Assembly (NCBI GenBank): GCA_964187785.1
Contig: OZ076409.1
Location: forward strand, 1,860,001-1,924,000
Direction of reading: 5' to 3'
Length of the DNA stretch: 64,000 bases
Source: Amphiscolops sp. MND2022
Lineage: Eukaryota
The notes beneath the pieces are model-generated. The model was given only the letters and a program-made list of their open reading frames with translations, ran no database searches and was not told where the DNA came from. The position numbers were made by a program, and so were the translations under genes. How positions within the stretch are numbered: the first letter of the stretch is position 1; each line of letters begins with the position of its first letter. Of the stretch, positions 36,850 through 50,500 are shown piece after piece.

Positions 36850-37256
36850 CATTTGCATGAAATTCGCCCACATGTAAAGAAAAAGATATTTTGAATCATC
36901 TCTTCAAACGCTGCACTGAAATTTCCAAATTTCTTATAACTGAATACGGATCAGCGCTCACATCATAAACGATCACTTTATAAATAAACACCTTAAGACC
37001 GAATCTGTTTCAACCGGGTACACTAAAATGGATGCTTTATAACCTAAACTAATATAAAAACTAATGCGATTACTGGATTTACTGTTTCTTCTTTTATCAT
37101 GACCAATTTTGCTTGATTTTTTTCTTTTATCGACGTTAAAAACAGATGATAGAGTTCACTGGTGTCAAGCAGGTAGATTTTTGAACAGAGATTCTCAAAA
37201 AGTCGATATTATTCAGCTGTCAGTGTTTCCCAAAGTAACTTTTTTGGCTTATAGAA

Positions 37257-37320
37257 TAACCAGGTAACCAGGTAACCAGGTAACCAGGTAACCAGGTAAC
37301 CAGGTAACCAGGTAACCAGG
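37257..37320. repeat. (TAACCAGG)8 microsatellite
   Basis: Eight perfect 8-bp units plus one nearby partial unit. Confidence 0.97.
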
Positions 37321-38781
37321 TTTTGCACCAGGTAACGATTCGAACTTGTTTAGCAGATAGAAACGAGGTTCGACAAACGTGAATAAGTTATCAAGAAATC
37401 ACCTTTTACTGTATTTCAGCGGGTAATAGTGTAATTCTTCGAAGGAGTAGTTAGCGTTCATATGGCACGTTATTTCTGTGCTCTTTTCGACCTGGCCCGT
37501 TGTCTAACCGGCGAAAAGCTCACGAGTTTTTGGAATTAATATGAGACCATTTATTCAAATGAGATCTTACTAAAAACTAGTCGAAACGCAGTAGTGAGAT
37601 GAAATTTAAAGAATCAGAAGTTCTTTAGTAGTTTCTTCTGCCAAGTATCCAGAAACGTTTCAAGTTTATCTCGAACTTTAAATTTTGAAACAGACCAAGT
37701 AAAAAAGTTTGGTACCAAAAACTGGAACTACCACGGATACGAAAAACATTTTGTTGCAGAAATGTTTTTCTGATTTAATGAGTGATTTTTTGTCGCAAAC
37801 TCTCTCAAGATAGATTTTGACCCGAGGACCCAGTAAGGGGAAAGTACCACCGTTCATAACTATTTCTTCAAATTCTAGGAGTGCTTATCTCTTTAAACTC
37901 ATCAAGTGTAAATTGCTAGCAGTAGCGCTGTCCTCAGAAGCCATATGCGCTCTAAGTGAGTATAGAATGGCTGTACATAGCATTCGTCTTGAGATCCACC
38001 CCATGGACACAGGAACTCTCGGATGGGCTCCTAATACCCCGGGCATCTTGTTACCATAATCTGACTGGTTCTGAGAGATTGTTGCTGAGAACCAAGGGTA
38101 TGCAAGATCCCACACCAAAAGCGCTCGTTACAGGTGTTCGGTTGATTCTTAATCCGAAGGCACAGTACAATCACTCTCTACCATATTTGGAGATAATATG
38201 ACTTCTCAAGATCATACATGATAGAATAGCGTCTAAAATCACCGTATTTTGGTAGAATAAGATCTAAAAACACTGTATTGCACTGGAGTAAGGTCTAAAA
38301 TAACTTTTTGAGAGAGATAGGATCCTTTTGTTGCGAAAGGCTAAGGTTGAGAATATGGAAATGGTATCATTCATCGCTCGCATAAATTTTTCTGATTAGG
38401 AACGACTTTTTTCAGAATTTCTTTTAGTGCAACGATGCAAATTTTGTAAGAGTTTTGTAAGATTTATGCATTTTTTGTACCAATTTCAGATGAAAATCGC
38501 AAATTTTGCAAGAATCTTGTAAGAGTTAGTGTCAAATAATGCATTTTCTAACAAGAGTTTTTGTAAGAATTTTGCAAAAGATGCGAATTTTTTCAACTAG
38601 GGTAATCATGCTAGCAAACAACCGTCTTCGAAATTGGAAGTTACTCTCATCATTGAAAAATATGGTAATGAACAGTCATAATATTTTTCATCATTCCATC
38701 ATCGATATCCATTTCCGGAAAAAAGTCTGGAACGAAAAAACAGCCGCTTGAAACAGAATCATGTTTCTCAAATACTGGGTA

Positions 38782-39497
38782 TGTAACGTCAAGCAAGTAA
38801 CGCACATACCAGAACTGGGACAATACTTAGGTTGCCTAGACAGGAGACCATAGTCCTATGACAAGCCTAAATACCAGTTTTTCGTCCCTAAAGGTCTCCT
38901 AGGGACTTTTCCAAAACACCGTGGAGACTCCTCTTATTAGAGCTCCGTGGCGACGTGCCGGCACACTCAAAGTCCGGACACGTCCCACAAGCATGTAAAA
39001 ACGTTCCTAAAGACTTCCTGCGGTCCTACATACTCCCGAGGTCCGAAAGCAGGGTTCTAGCTGAAATGCATTCTATTTCAGAAAATAACGTCTAAATACT
39101 CCATTACAAGGATCTGGCAGATCCGACATCATCATAAATCTGCAAATCAATACTAATGACATCAGAATTAATTAAGATTGGCACTTCTGGTATGTTTCTA
39201 TTGAATTCGCGATTCTCTTCATCTTCTTCGCTGTGGGATATCTGGATCTCAGAACATTTTTGTATTGAAAACGCACTTTTCTGGGGAGATGACACAAATC
39301 CGAGCATTTTTCTTGTTCTTCCTCATCGTGTCAGTGTCTTTTCTTCTTTTCTGGGTCGGGGTGAGGGTCGTCTCTCTTCTTTTTTGCTTCTTTTTTGATT
39401 TCAACGTCCTGCCAGGTCGGCCATTTTGATTCGCACACTTTCTGGTCCTTGATCGAATTTTTCATCGAAAATTTGGTGCTGACTGGTGGACGTTACA
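38782..39497 (-). repeat. Gypsy 3' LTR (PPT GGGGAGGA at ~39498-39505)
   Basis: Matches 56956-57670 with about three substitutions and one indel seen. Confidence 0.97.
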
Positions 39498-39955
39498 TCC
39501 TCCCCGGGCCACTGTTTGTCGTCCTCGGTAAACGGAGAAGGATGCATCACTACTTACAAATGGTTTCAGCAACGTGATTTTCAGTTTTTCTCTTAGATCT
39601 TACTACTTCAAAATTTCGATTTAGCACTTTTTATTTTAGCACTTTTCGATCATTCTGGGACAAAAAAAATCAGTTTCTTTAAAAATTCTTACCATTCGTT
39701 CCAGGCTAGTTTAAAAGTTCTTTTAAGGGTGGTTACACTTAGCCAGAGAAGCGGAGAAGTTTTTACTAAAACTTTAATTGCACTTGTTTTGGCAGTTAGG
39801 CAGGCACCAAGCTGGGACCTACCCACCGGGTAGTTACACTAGCAAAATAATGTTAATACTTTGTTAACTAAAATAGCACTTATTGTTTTGATAACTGCTG
39901 AGGCGTAATACGTTTTTGGTTAGTTTGGTTTGATTGGCCGAGTTCAGTATTTGTT

Positions 39956-42900
39956 TCATTCATGGCCAGTGTCATCCATAGTAGTATCGTCATCTTGCAG
40001 CACTTCATTTAATGATACGGCCAATACTTCCGATGACGGCAGGTTTTGCTGACTCAAGCTAGGTAGTTCGTTCAATTCTAAATCGATATCAGCTGCTAGT
40101 GTTCTCGTCAACGACGTGGGCGCGATTTCCAAAGCTTCTAGCGGCACTGTCTGATCATTGGAAGTAGCATTGGTGGTGTTGACTGTGGTTGGGTTAGCTG
40201 TTTCGGGGTTATGGATGGATACATCGGTGTTGGTTGGTGCTGCAGCTATTGCAATGCTGATTAGACTTGAGATTGACACCATGGAAGTTGATGTATTTTC
40301 AGCAGTAGAAACCTCCTCGTGCCCTGCTGCCTGTCTCGTTGAGGTCGAGCCCGCTGGGCTTAGTTCTGGCAGCTGGTCTGCGAGGTCTTGGCGTCCATAT
40401 CGGAAAAATATTTCTTTGAAAGTCCCAATTGCATTTGAATAACTGTCATATACGGTATTTCCTTCGTCCCTCTGCTTGGTTATCAGACTCATGAAGATTT
40501 CCATGGCCATTTGTGGATTGCTCGGCATCTCTTCATTCAGGGGCAAGGTCTTTCTATTGGGTTCTTTTGCGATTTTCGGAACTGTCGCCTTCAGAGTTTG
40601 AAATCCTTGGTGGATCATTCTGTCCACTATCGGCGGGTCTGCCCAATGCGTAGTGTCGGACAGGATTTTGGCTGTATCGGCTTGCGGTGTCGCTCGAGGG
40701 TTGTACATTCGGGATACATCTTGTATTACTCGATGCTGGAGTCTTTCTGGTGTGGAGCCTTCTCTTCGTCCACCCAGGCGTCGGTCCGCATTGGTTAGTA
40801 CTCGGAGAATACCTGGCTCATCCCAGCTGGCGAAGCCTTGCAATGCTCCAGTGCTGGGTTCTACAGGAGCGTGCAACCATTCTACTGGATGAAGTTCTAA
40901 CGACATAGGAACAGCGCACCGCGCTCTGGCTCGGATCAGGGCACTGAAATTGTACTGGACCTGTTTCTTGTCTTTAATAATCGTGTATGCCATTGGTGGT
41001 CGGAAGTTGGCAAAATTGCGCACTAGCATTTGAAAATCTGGTTGTCTGGCGTCGTCTTCAGGGTCCACGAAATGTAGAATAGATAATGTAGGTGCTTTTG
41101 CGGCAACTCTAAGCGGCTGTGTAGGGTATCTCAGGGCCATCATTAAACCGAATATAGGCCAGACTATGGGTGCGATCATGGGGACTAGATCTTCAGTTTC
41201 TACCAACATGAGGCTGGCTATCTGCGACGGGAATAGGAAACCTGGCAGGTTATTGCTATTGGGTTTTTGACTCAGCCAGTCGTCTAAAGTGCTCATCACG
41301 CCAGAGACATTGACCCAGGCTGAGTAAACCCAAGCCAATAGTGTTTCGATATTCTCGGCGAGCTGGCCGCGCAACTTCAAAGCGCCTGCAGGGTCCAAGG
41401 TGTTTAGAATGGCGTTAATCCAATTCCGCTGGTTCTTGGTGAATATGAGAAAACTGAGTAGACAGGAGTTGGCTTTAGCTAGGACCAATCTCTGCACCAG
41501 GTGCACTGGGCCCTTGTAGACGGCGCCTAGACCAACGGCCATCAAGTAGGCCAAGATCTCAGCAATTGTGGCCCTCTGCATTGCTTCTACATACAGTCTA
41601 ACTTGCTGCTCATCTAAGCTGCTTTCACGCTGCACCATCGTTGGTACCCAAAATGGCGAGATATTATACAAGAATATGGGGAAGGGAATTCCATGACTTT
41701 CTGCTGTTTCATTCAAGGTCACTTGCAGCGTCTCATGCCAAGAGTGGTAAGAATGCTCTGGGTTCATTTGGTTTTCTTGCGCTGTCTTCTGAGCTAATAC
41801 TGTTAACAATACCAGGGTGGGGGAAACCATGTTGGGCTTTGCGTCGATCGCTTGTATCGCCACTGGAAAAACGGTCGCGTCGGTCCGAGTTTGTTTTATT
41901 CCTTCTGTCTTCTTGAAGAGAGCTAGCAGCTCTTTGTGGAATTTAGCGTTGTGCGTCCTCTCATCTAGCGTTGACTCATCTCTCCTTTCAAACCATCCGT
42001 TGTCAATCATGTTTGCCCGTTCCTTTTCATTAGGCTCCTTGACTCGGCGTACCCCATTCTCATCAAAGGAGCGGTGCGCCATTTGCATGCCAAAGTCAAA
42101 GGCAGTAGCATCATCGGCCAACAACTGAGAGTTTCCCTCGTATCCGGTACAAGCCTGCAAGGCTTTCGAGATTTCCGCCAAGAATGCAGAATAAGAGTTC
42201 TCACCCGGACGCCAGGTTGTGGCACTCACTCTCAGGTTCGGTGCTATTATATAGAATGACAAATTCTGTGAGTAGGATGCTTCTGATACTAGATACAACA
42301 TTTGCTGGAGTGGTTTAGGCAAGTATACGTATCCGGGGGCGACACAAAGACTACCCCTACGACGGGCTTCATTCGCTGCACCCGCCTGATCACATTCCTC
42401 ATTGCTTCGACGTACGCAACTACCTCTCCTGTCATCACTTCTTCCGTCAGTCTACGGTTGCCTTCTTCAAAGTATTTCAGCGTTCCTCGAAGAGCCAAGT
42501 GGTCAATCATATTGCTATATATCAGGATCGGAGGGAATGGAATTGTCTCTGCGTGGTTGACGGTGGGACCGAAGACCTTGCAGGTCACCTCGGCCTCTAG
42601 CGATGTGCAGGGCAAGTTCATCACGCGAACATCCATCAGGGTGTTGTTCATGTTCGCCGTTGCTTTCATCGTAGAGTCCATGAACAAGGCAATCCTTGTC
42701 TTTTGCAACATCTCTTTGCCCATGGGGAGCAAGGTTGTTACGTCCCTCATGAAATCACGGCTTCTCATTAGTTGGTCATCGTATCTTGCCGGTCGTTGTA
42801 CGGCTAATTTTACTTTGGAGGGGAGTGGTCTCACCAATGATGACTTGTCTTTATGAAGATTCTCCCTTACTCTCTCGAACCAGGGAGGAATGCGATTCAG

Positions 42901-44196
42901 AAGGAGTGTTGGCTTCTTTACGGGCCTCAAGTAATGCATTCCGATCGTTGCTTTTTCGAGATTCTCCACATCCTCTGGGTTTCCTTTACTGGTAGCTGTT
43001 TCGAATTTCTGCACAACCAATCCTGGGTCTGGATTCTCTGATTTCGCTTCTCGCTGCAGACGCACCGCGTCTCTGGCAGCAATGTCAAGCTGTCGTGCCT
43101 CTGTCTGCGATAGGAGCTCATTAGAGAATCGCACTCGCCTAGGCTCCGGCTGTTGCACTGGGGAAGGATTCGGGCTGGAGTTCGTTTCATCCGTATTGGC
43201 TAAGTCTCTGGCCCTTTTCTTTTGGACTAGCTGTTCGATCTTGCTTTGTTCCTTTCGATTCAATACGTCGCGGAGATCGATAGGGGCCTTGGCTGCTTGC
43301 CTTTCTGCTATTTCTTACTTTTTCTGTTGTTCTTGGCGTTCTGGGTAGGCCTGAAAACCTATTAGGTGATGTGGGTCCTGCGACGTTGAAGGTAGCAAGG
43401 CATCGTAAGAGTCTTGAAATCCGATCAAACCTGTCATGATGGGCACGTCGAGCGGGTTCCGCTTCACTATGGTTCTCGGTCTTTGGCTTGTATCTTGGGT
43501 GGCATCTTCAGTGTTCTGCGCGCTCGTGTGCGCTTCTTCTACCCCTTCTCCCCTGAAAGAAGAAGGGAGCATGAGTTTGTTGTTCTCTTCCAGGCGCCTG
43601 ACACTAATTGGGGCGGATGATGGTGGGAGTGTCAATATCGGCGGAGGTACTGTTGGCAAAAGGCATGTGAATTGCTGTGTAGGCGGTGCTTGCGTTGATT
43701 GACAGTCGCGGGCGCTCTCGGGGGCAGTTATCGACGATATTGCAGGTGCTTGCGTCAGGTTCGTTTGAAGACGTCGTTGCTGCTCCATGGGGGGCCTATT
43801 AGGCTCGCCATATCTCAGGTGCGATCTGTGGCCATCAAAAGGGTGGGTGAGATCATGACCTCGCCACGCGCCATTGTGGAATTCCGCAGTTCTGCGGTAA
43901 GATCAAATTCCAATTGATATGGAGAGGGTAAAGTCCGGATGTATTTCGAGAGACAGCATTTGAGCAATTAGTATGGCAATCCCGGTCACCAGTGATGGAG
44001 AAGGGGCCTCTTGTAGGGTCGATTGGACCAGACCAAGCTGGTCAATTCTGGTTTGAGATTCGCCGACAGGCAGCGAGGACACGGGAGGTTCTTGCGTGGC
44101 AATCGTCGGCGGTTGTGATTGGTCCATTCTGCTGGTGCTCGGTTGCGAGCTTGTTGTTGATGGAGTTGGCATGCGGGTTCTAGCCGATTGATCCAT
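39956..44196 (-). pseudogene. Gypsy third ORF (~1400 aa if joined; segments 43903-44247, 43315-43788, 42289-43263, 39956-42322) with an SGNH-like domain
   Basis: Contiguous minus-strand coding segments. 43315 is an in-frame stop, and a 1-nt loss in the G run at ~42335 joins VSPP to GYVYLPKPLQ. No signal peptide or clear Env features seen. Confidence 0.75.
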
Positions 44197-44515
44197 TAAA
44201 GAGATGGGTAGCACCTTGGATAAGTGACTATGGTGGATATACTGCAAATATGATGATATACGACTGGCTGCGTCAAGTGCATGGGAATTGACAGGACTGA
44301 ACTAGAAAAAAGAAAACAACAGACGTCAATTTGAGCTAAAATACTATTGCTGATGAATGCAATTGATATGATAAACATTAAAAGACAATAAGATAAAACA
44401 GATTCGACAATCCACGTTAAAACCTAGTTCAGGGATTGACTCAAACAACACATATGCTAAGAACAGGACGAGTGGCCTCCCTTATTGCCATTTTTTTCTT
44501 TTGTGCCACAGTGAT

Positions 44516-46235
44516 TCAATCAAATTTGGATTTTACATGGTTGTGGTGTGTCCTCACTAACGCAATTGATACATACACCCTATCATGGAGGACTATGTCG
44601 ATATTGGAATCAATGAAATGATCTTTCAACATTGAATACCAAGCTGGTAGCATGTTGATTGATCTTTCAGGGTCATAGATGGGAAGATTGATACGGGTGA
44701 TTTGTGCTCGTGTGAGCTTCTGCACAAGGTCTATCAGGCACAGATGTAGCACTTCATGTAAAATGGGGTGTTTACTAGAGGCTCTGGTGATTAGCAGGAA
44801 CATTTCGTTATTCCACGGTGTTGCCGGTGATCTGGTGAGGTGAATAGCCTTTCCTACGGCTGGGCGTAGTCGGAAAATTTCTTCCTGGCCATATTCCCTG
44901 ATGACGTAGCGCGCCATTGCTGAATGTGACAGAAGATCTACCGGACAGCATATTACTACGGTACGCCTGGCTTGCAAAATGTCAGTTTCTTCGTAATAAA
45001 TCCATGATAGATAGTTCAGTTTGATCTTCGGATGCGTTATCAATAGTTTTCCTGTGACTGTGCTTTGATTGTCTTGAATTGGTGTGAGATGATCCAAAAT
45101 GGCCTTACGGTCTTGCCACACTGTTCTGCGTAAAGGTCTGTCTCCCAAGTTCGTGCAAGACCAATCGTGAATTACGGAGAGTGCTTCCAGCACGGTCGCT
45201 GGGTTCTCAAATGTATACGTGTGTTTGTCTAACAGGCGTATTTTGGCTGGGCGACAAAAGATGATAGCTAGTAGCTGTAACCAATGTTGACTGAGGAATT
45301 TCCCACGATAAATATCTGCTAGATGGAAGCATAAGGTGTCCTCGAACTCTACAAGCGTACGCAAATTTTCCAAGCAAATCAGTAAAGTTCCTGGAGTCAC
45401 TAGTGATGTTTCGTCCAAAGAGGTGACCAAAAGCCACCAACCAGCCGTTGGGTGATACACATCTCCAGGAGGGGATGTTACACCATATTGCTGCCATAGT
45501 CTTCGCGCGGTGATACAGCGGACCATTGCTATTCGTGTGTCACTTGGTTCTATTCTTCCAAACATCATCGATGGTGGGAGTGGGGGTATGATTGCGGTCA
45601 ACGTGAATTCTAATCCACTTTTTTCGTGCCATGTCCATTCCTTAAATCGGTAGGTGGGGCAGTCTGATGGAGATGTTTCTTGCATGGCTTTTAGTGTGGT
45701 TTCCAGGGGTGGGACCACGGCTGGTCCAATGCTCGAATAGGTCTTTTCCACGGTAATCACAACATGATGTACTTGTGGAACCTCTTGGTCCTTAGCTTGT
45801 ATGTTTCGGATGTGTTGCATGTGGTCTTCCTTTGTTTCGGTAACAGCTGTGTCTGGGGCAGGAGCGTCTACTCCCCGGGCCAATCGCTTGTCCGGTGGTT
45901 TTCCACTAATTAGGTTGACGCAACTACGGTTACGGGAACCACATGTTCCGCAGCGATATCTAGGAGTTCTATTGCGTCGCAGCAAACAGGGTGGTGCTCG
46001 TGAGGTTGTTGTTTGTTCCGCTTCTGGTTGCTCTGATGATAAACTTTCTGCGATGTTGGGTAGTGTCATTGCACGTTCCAAGGTTTGAGATTGTGCTCTG
46101 GTTCGCAATCTGCCTCTCGATCTGATGTACAGTCGGTGCGTGCTTGCAAGTGCTCTGCTTGATGAGTTGGCACTTCCTCTTCTACGATTTGGAGGTCTGC
46201 CTCTTGGCCTGCCTCTTCTACTCGCGGTTCTCCCG
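44516..46235 (-). pseudogene. Pol C-terminal extension: AT-hook, CxxC motif and two TARG1/OARD1-like macrodomains
   Basis: Frame is open upstream of 46108 through RRGRPRGRPP. Then YRCGTCG, and a C-terminus YYEETDIL..VICCPVDL..AMAR..FLLITR..LHLCL..INLP..LKDHF..SNIDIVLH that matches the TARG1 pattern. Confidence 0.75.
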
Positions 46236-47559
46236 ATGATGGCGATGTTTCCATGCTGTGTCCGGGTTCTGGAATTTCTCTGTCAGTTCTTTCTTGGGGT
46301 TCGGGTTCCTCGATAGTTTGTAGTCCTGCCGAGCTACCAGCTCGAGAACTGAGCTGTGGAAAATTGCTCAATGTGTCGGTTAAAGCTGGGTTTGAGAGCA
46401 ATGGTGCTGATGTTCCTGATGGCGAGGGTATCAGACTTGGTGTTGGTTCTGGCCTGACTTCCTCTTGATCTGAATAAAGTGGTTCTAAATCGTCGATATC
46501 AGGGTAGATCATTGGTTGTTGTGGCTCTTCAATGGGTTGACCCATTTGTTCTTGGTCGGATTCCGACTCAGAAGGGTATCCAAAATGACTGAATCGTCTT
46601 CGAGGGATTCCCCGTTCCAAAGCAGACTGAGTACGTGTTTGAATCGTGCTTGGGGGAACGGGCGCGGTCGGTTCCATCTCGAATGATGCCTCTGGCAGTT
46701 GTTCTGGAAGAAATGAGTCACGTGATATGTCTGACGTTATTTCCTCATTACTTTCCTCCACGTATGGGTCTGCGATGATGGCAACATTCTGGTCTAACCC
46801 AAAGGGTTGATGTGCCGCCCAATCCCACGGCGCAGGCACATGCTTCTTCAGGCGTTCGAAGTGAACCTTTTGTCCTGCATCCAAAACGTATAATCTTCCA
46901 TCTTGTAATACATCTGTGACCTTATGAGGTCCACGCCAGGCACGAAGGAGTTTGCGGGTGCCACCTTTAGGAATTATGTGGCAGAAAACCCAAACAGCAT
47001 CACCCACCGCGTGAGCTTTTGCTTTCAAATGCTTGTCGAACTTCTGTTTTTGTCGTATTTGCGCCTGGTGTGTGTTTCGGCGAACAAGTTCGTGGATTTC
47101 TTGTTGTAGTAGTTCAAGTAGGTGCTCCACAAATTCTTCTTTGGACTCAAACTCTCGCGCTGCGAATTCTGGGTATATAAACGAGAGTGGAATGGATTTT
47201 TCTGCGCCATGTTGGAGCATATACGGGGAAAATCCGGTCGTTGCATGTCTGGTTGAATTATATGCACCCAAGACTCCGTCTATGTGTTCATCCCAGTCAA
47301 GCATTCTTCGAGACGTATAGACTCGGAGCAAGGTCAGTAATGTTCGGTTTTGACGTTCCACTAAACTATTGCCTCTCGGATGAGCTGGAGTAGACGTTAT
47401 TTTGGTTACTTGCGAGGCTTTCATCAGTTGTTGAGCAATCTCAGCAGTAAAGTTGGTGGCATTGTCTGATTGCATCCTGGCAGGAGTGCCGTGTCTTGCA
47501 AACCATTTGTTCAGGATGATCTTTGCAGTCGTCTGGGCGTCATATTCGTCGTGTGCCAT
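46066..47559 (-). pseudogene. pol: Integrase core plus acidic/Pro-rich linker
   Basis: QSDNATNF, VERQNRTL, GAYNSTRHATTGFSPY, WRGPHKV. Confidence 0.95.
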
Positions 47560-50500
47560 TGGATTGCCTCTGCAAATTTAGTGAAATGGTCGATGACGAC
47601 TAGCAATCCATTATTTCCTGACGTTGTTTTGCACAACTTCAAATAGTCGAACTGCACCAGGTCATTAAAGTAGCTGCTGTTGATACTTTGTAACGGATAA
47701 CAGGGATTCCCAGCGGGATGTTTCGTCTGTTGGAATGTTAAGCAGTGCTTAATATAATTGACAACATCACGCTTGATGCCTGGCCAAGTGTGGCGCTCCT
47801 GGATTCTTGCCAACACTTTACCAACGCCTTGGTGTCCTGACTCGTCATGCGCTCTGTACAAGATTTCGTGTTGGTATAGCTGGGGCATGACGATCATACA
47901 CGGTCGTATGTGCATCGCGCGTTGCTGCGGAATGTAGTAGACACACAAGATATCATTCTGGTTCAGGAACAGTAAGTCTTTCTTCTGGTGAAAGTACCGT
48001 TTGGCAAAGTGCTGCACGTCTTCGGGGAACAACGTATCCTCTAATGGCTCGTTCTTCATGAGTTTCTTCAGCGCTAGCAGATGTACATCTCTGTTTTGAG
48101 CTAGATGAAGATCTTTCAATCCGCGCATTGTTGACTGATGCTCGTGAAGCTCAGTCCCGACTAGCCTGAGGACGTGAGCTTGTTCCTGACACTGCGTAGG
48201 CAATCTACGCAGTGCTGGGTCACGTTGGGTGGTGTCCAGACGTGCCGCTGGAACTTTGGTTGTTACGCTAAGGATACAATTCGGTCTGTCGTCTTCGGTC
48301 AAAGTCGGAGTTGTTTCCCATTGCACCTGTGGGTACCATGGTATGGAACTCAAGGACGGGTCTGAGGTTAGGTCTTCTTTTGGTGGCTTTTTCAAAATGT
48401 ACAGCAGTGGAAGTTGTGCTCGAGCTTCCGGTGGAAGCTCTGGATGGTTTGGAATAAATTTTCCATGTTTGTCGATATAAGGCACAGTGGGGAGTTCTTC
48501 GTAGTCTTTCTGGGGCATGAAGCTGAATCCCTTGCTCACTTCTGGTAGAGTTTCCACGATCTTCTCCCGATGTACGTAGTCATTGGTCCTTTTGCTAAGA
48601 CCATCCACATTTCTATGTTGTGTGCACGGTCTGTGGATCGTCTTGAAATGATATTGGTCGAGGCGCGCAATCCAGCGTCCAATCATGGCTTGATCCATTG
48701 AATATGTCTTCAGCCACGAGAGAGCCTGGTTGTCCACACGCAGCGTGAATTCCCGACCTGCAAGGTAGGAATGAAATTTCTCGATGAAATAGAATACTGC
48801 ATACATTTCCAGCTTCGGGGCGCCATAATTCATTTGTGTTTTAGTCAGTGACTTGCTGCCGTAAACAATAGGACGAAGAATGGTTTTCCCATTGTATTGT
48901 TGCTCTTGGTGCAGTATGCCGGCTATAGCAACTGCACTGGCATCCGTGTCTAGAACGAAACGTCCCTCTTCGTTAGGCGCTGCCAAAGCTGTGGCATCGA
49001 CCAATGCCTGCTTTACTGCATCGAACGCTTCTTGGTGTCTTTCTTTCCAGTAGAAGTGTTGGTTCTTCCTTAACAACTCCTGCATAGGTTGCACCTTAGC
49101 AGCATGAAAAGGAATGAAATCTCGGTAGTAGTTCGCAAATCCAATTAAGCTCTGTAATTCTTCTCTGTTTCTGGGGGGCATCCATTCTTGGATTTTGCTA
49201 ACAGCAGCCGGGTCAGGCTTTATGCCTTCGGCCGAGACTACTCTTCCGAGGTACTTGGTTTCAGTGCGCATGAAGTCACATTTCTCTGCTCGCATTTCGA
49301 GACCTGCCTCTCTGAGACACTCGAACACTTCTCTGATTCTTTCCAAGTGGTCTTCAATGGTTTCTGTCGCAATCACTATGTCATCTATGTATGCCATGAC
49401 AACGCTTCCATGTCGTTGTTGGATCTTCTGTAGAGCTCTCGTGATCGATCGCTGAAAAGTGGCCGATGCATTGCATAGCCCGAAGGGCATGCGCCGCCAT
49501 TCAAACAGGCCAAGTTCACACGCGAACGCCGTTTTTCTGCGATCACGCTTCTTCAGTGGAATTTGCCAAAAGGCCCACGCCAAATCGATGCTCGTGAAGA
49601 TCTTTGCATTCCCAATCCTCGAGAGGATTTCATCGATTCTGGGTAGTGGAAATGCGTCCTTCACTGGTACATCATTTAGCGGGCGGAAGTCACAGCTCGC
49701 CTGATTTCTTTTTCACCATGACTATGCCACTGGCCCACGGAAAGTAGGAGGGTTGTATCAGACCAAGGGCCAGCAAGTTTTGCACTTCTTGATTGGCTTT
49801 CGCCGCCTTGTCAGGGGACGTTCGCCTAGCTCCTTCTCGGTGTGGTATAGCCTTCGGCTCTAGCTCTATCTTGTGCTTTGCAATCTTACACCTACCTATG
49901 TCAGACTTATTTTTCATGAATAGGTCTTCATACTCATTTAATATAGTTTCTAACTTGTTTCTCGCCTCTTCCCCCCATGAAGAAAGGACGGAAGAGAGGT
50001 CAGGGCCTGGGATTGCTTTTAGCAGCTGTGGATCTGTCCTTTTGCGCTTTTCATTATCTGATAAACCTGCCTCAGACGGTTCGGTCGAAGATAAAAAATT
50101 TTGGGCAAAGGAACTGAATTCTGAACTGGTGTCCATATCAAAGTTTCTATGTATTTGATTTACATGTTCGGCAGAAAGTTTCGAAGCTTCACCTTCAGTT
50201 TGCATAAGAACAGAGTTCAATACAAAAGTGGTAAGCGCCGCTTTGCCAATAACAGTTTGTGCTTTGATTTTCACCCGTTCTTTATCAGTTTGGTTAGGGA
50301 TGGCTAAAAATACTATACCTCCTTCTCCCACAGAAGTCAGTGTATCTTTTGAAACAAAGACTGAACTGGACTTTATGCTACATGACTGGACCGTTACATT
50401 ACGAAACAGGAAAATGTCAAGTTGTTGCCTGATGATTTTCGCGCGCACAATCTTCCTTTCGAATGGACCTAGTATTACGTCTTCAGTGGAAACTACAAAC

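Noticed and set aside
37257..37320. Telomere-like repeat
   Set aside because: The unit TAACCAGG is not a canonical animal telomere repeat and the tract is only 64 bp; treated as a microsatellite.
37791..38338. Possible solo LTR (TGTCGCAA...TTGCGAAA)
   Set aside because: End lacks CA, no TSD and no second copy in the window.
39956..42322. env gene call
   Set aside because: Position fits, but I see no signal peptide, furin site, Cys-rich ectodomain or C-terminal anchor.
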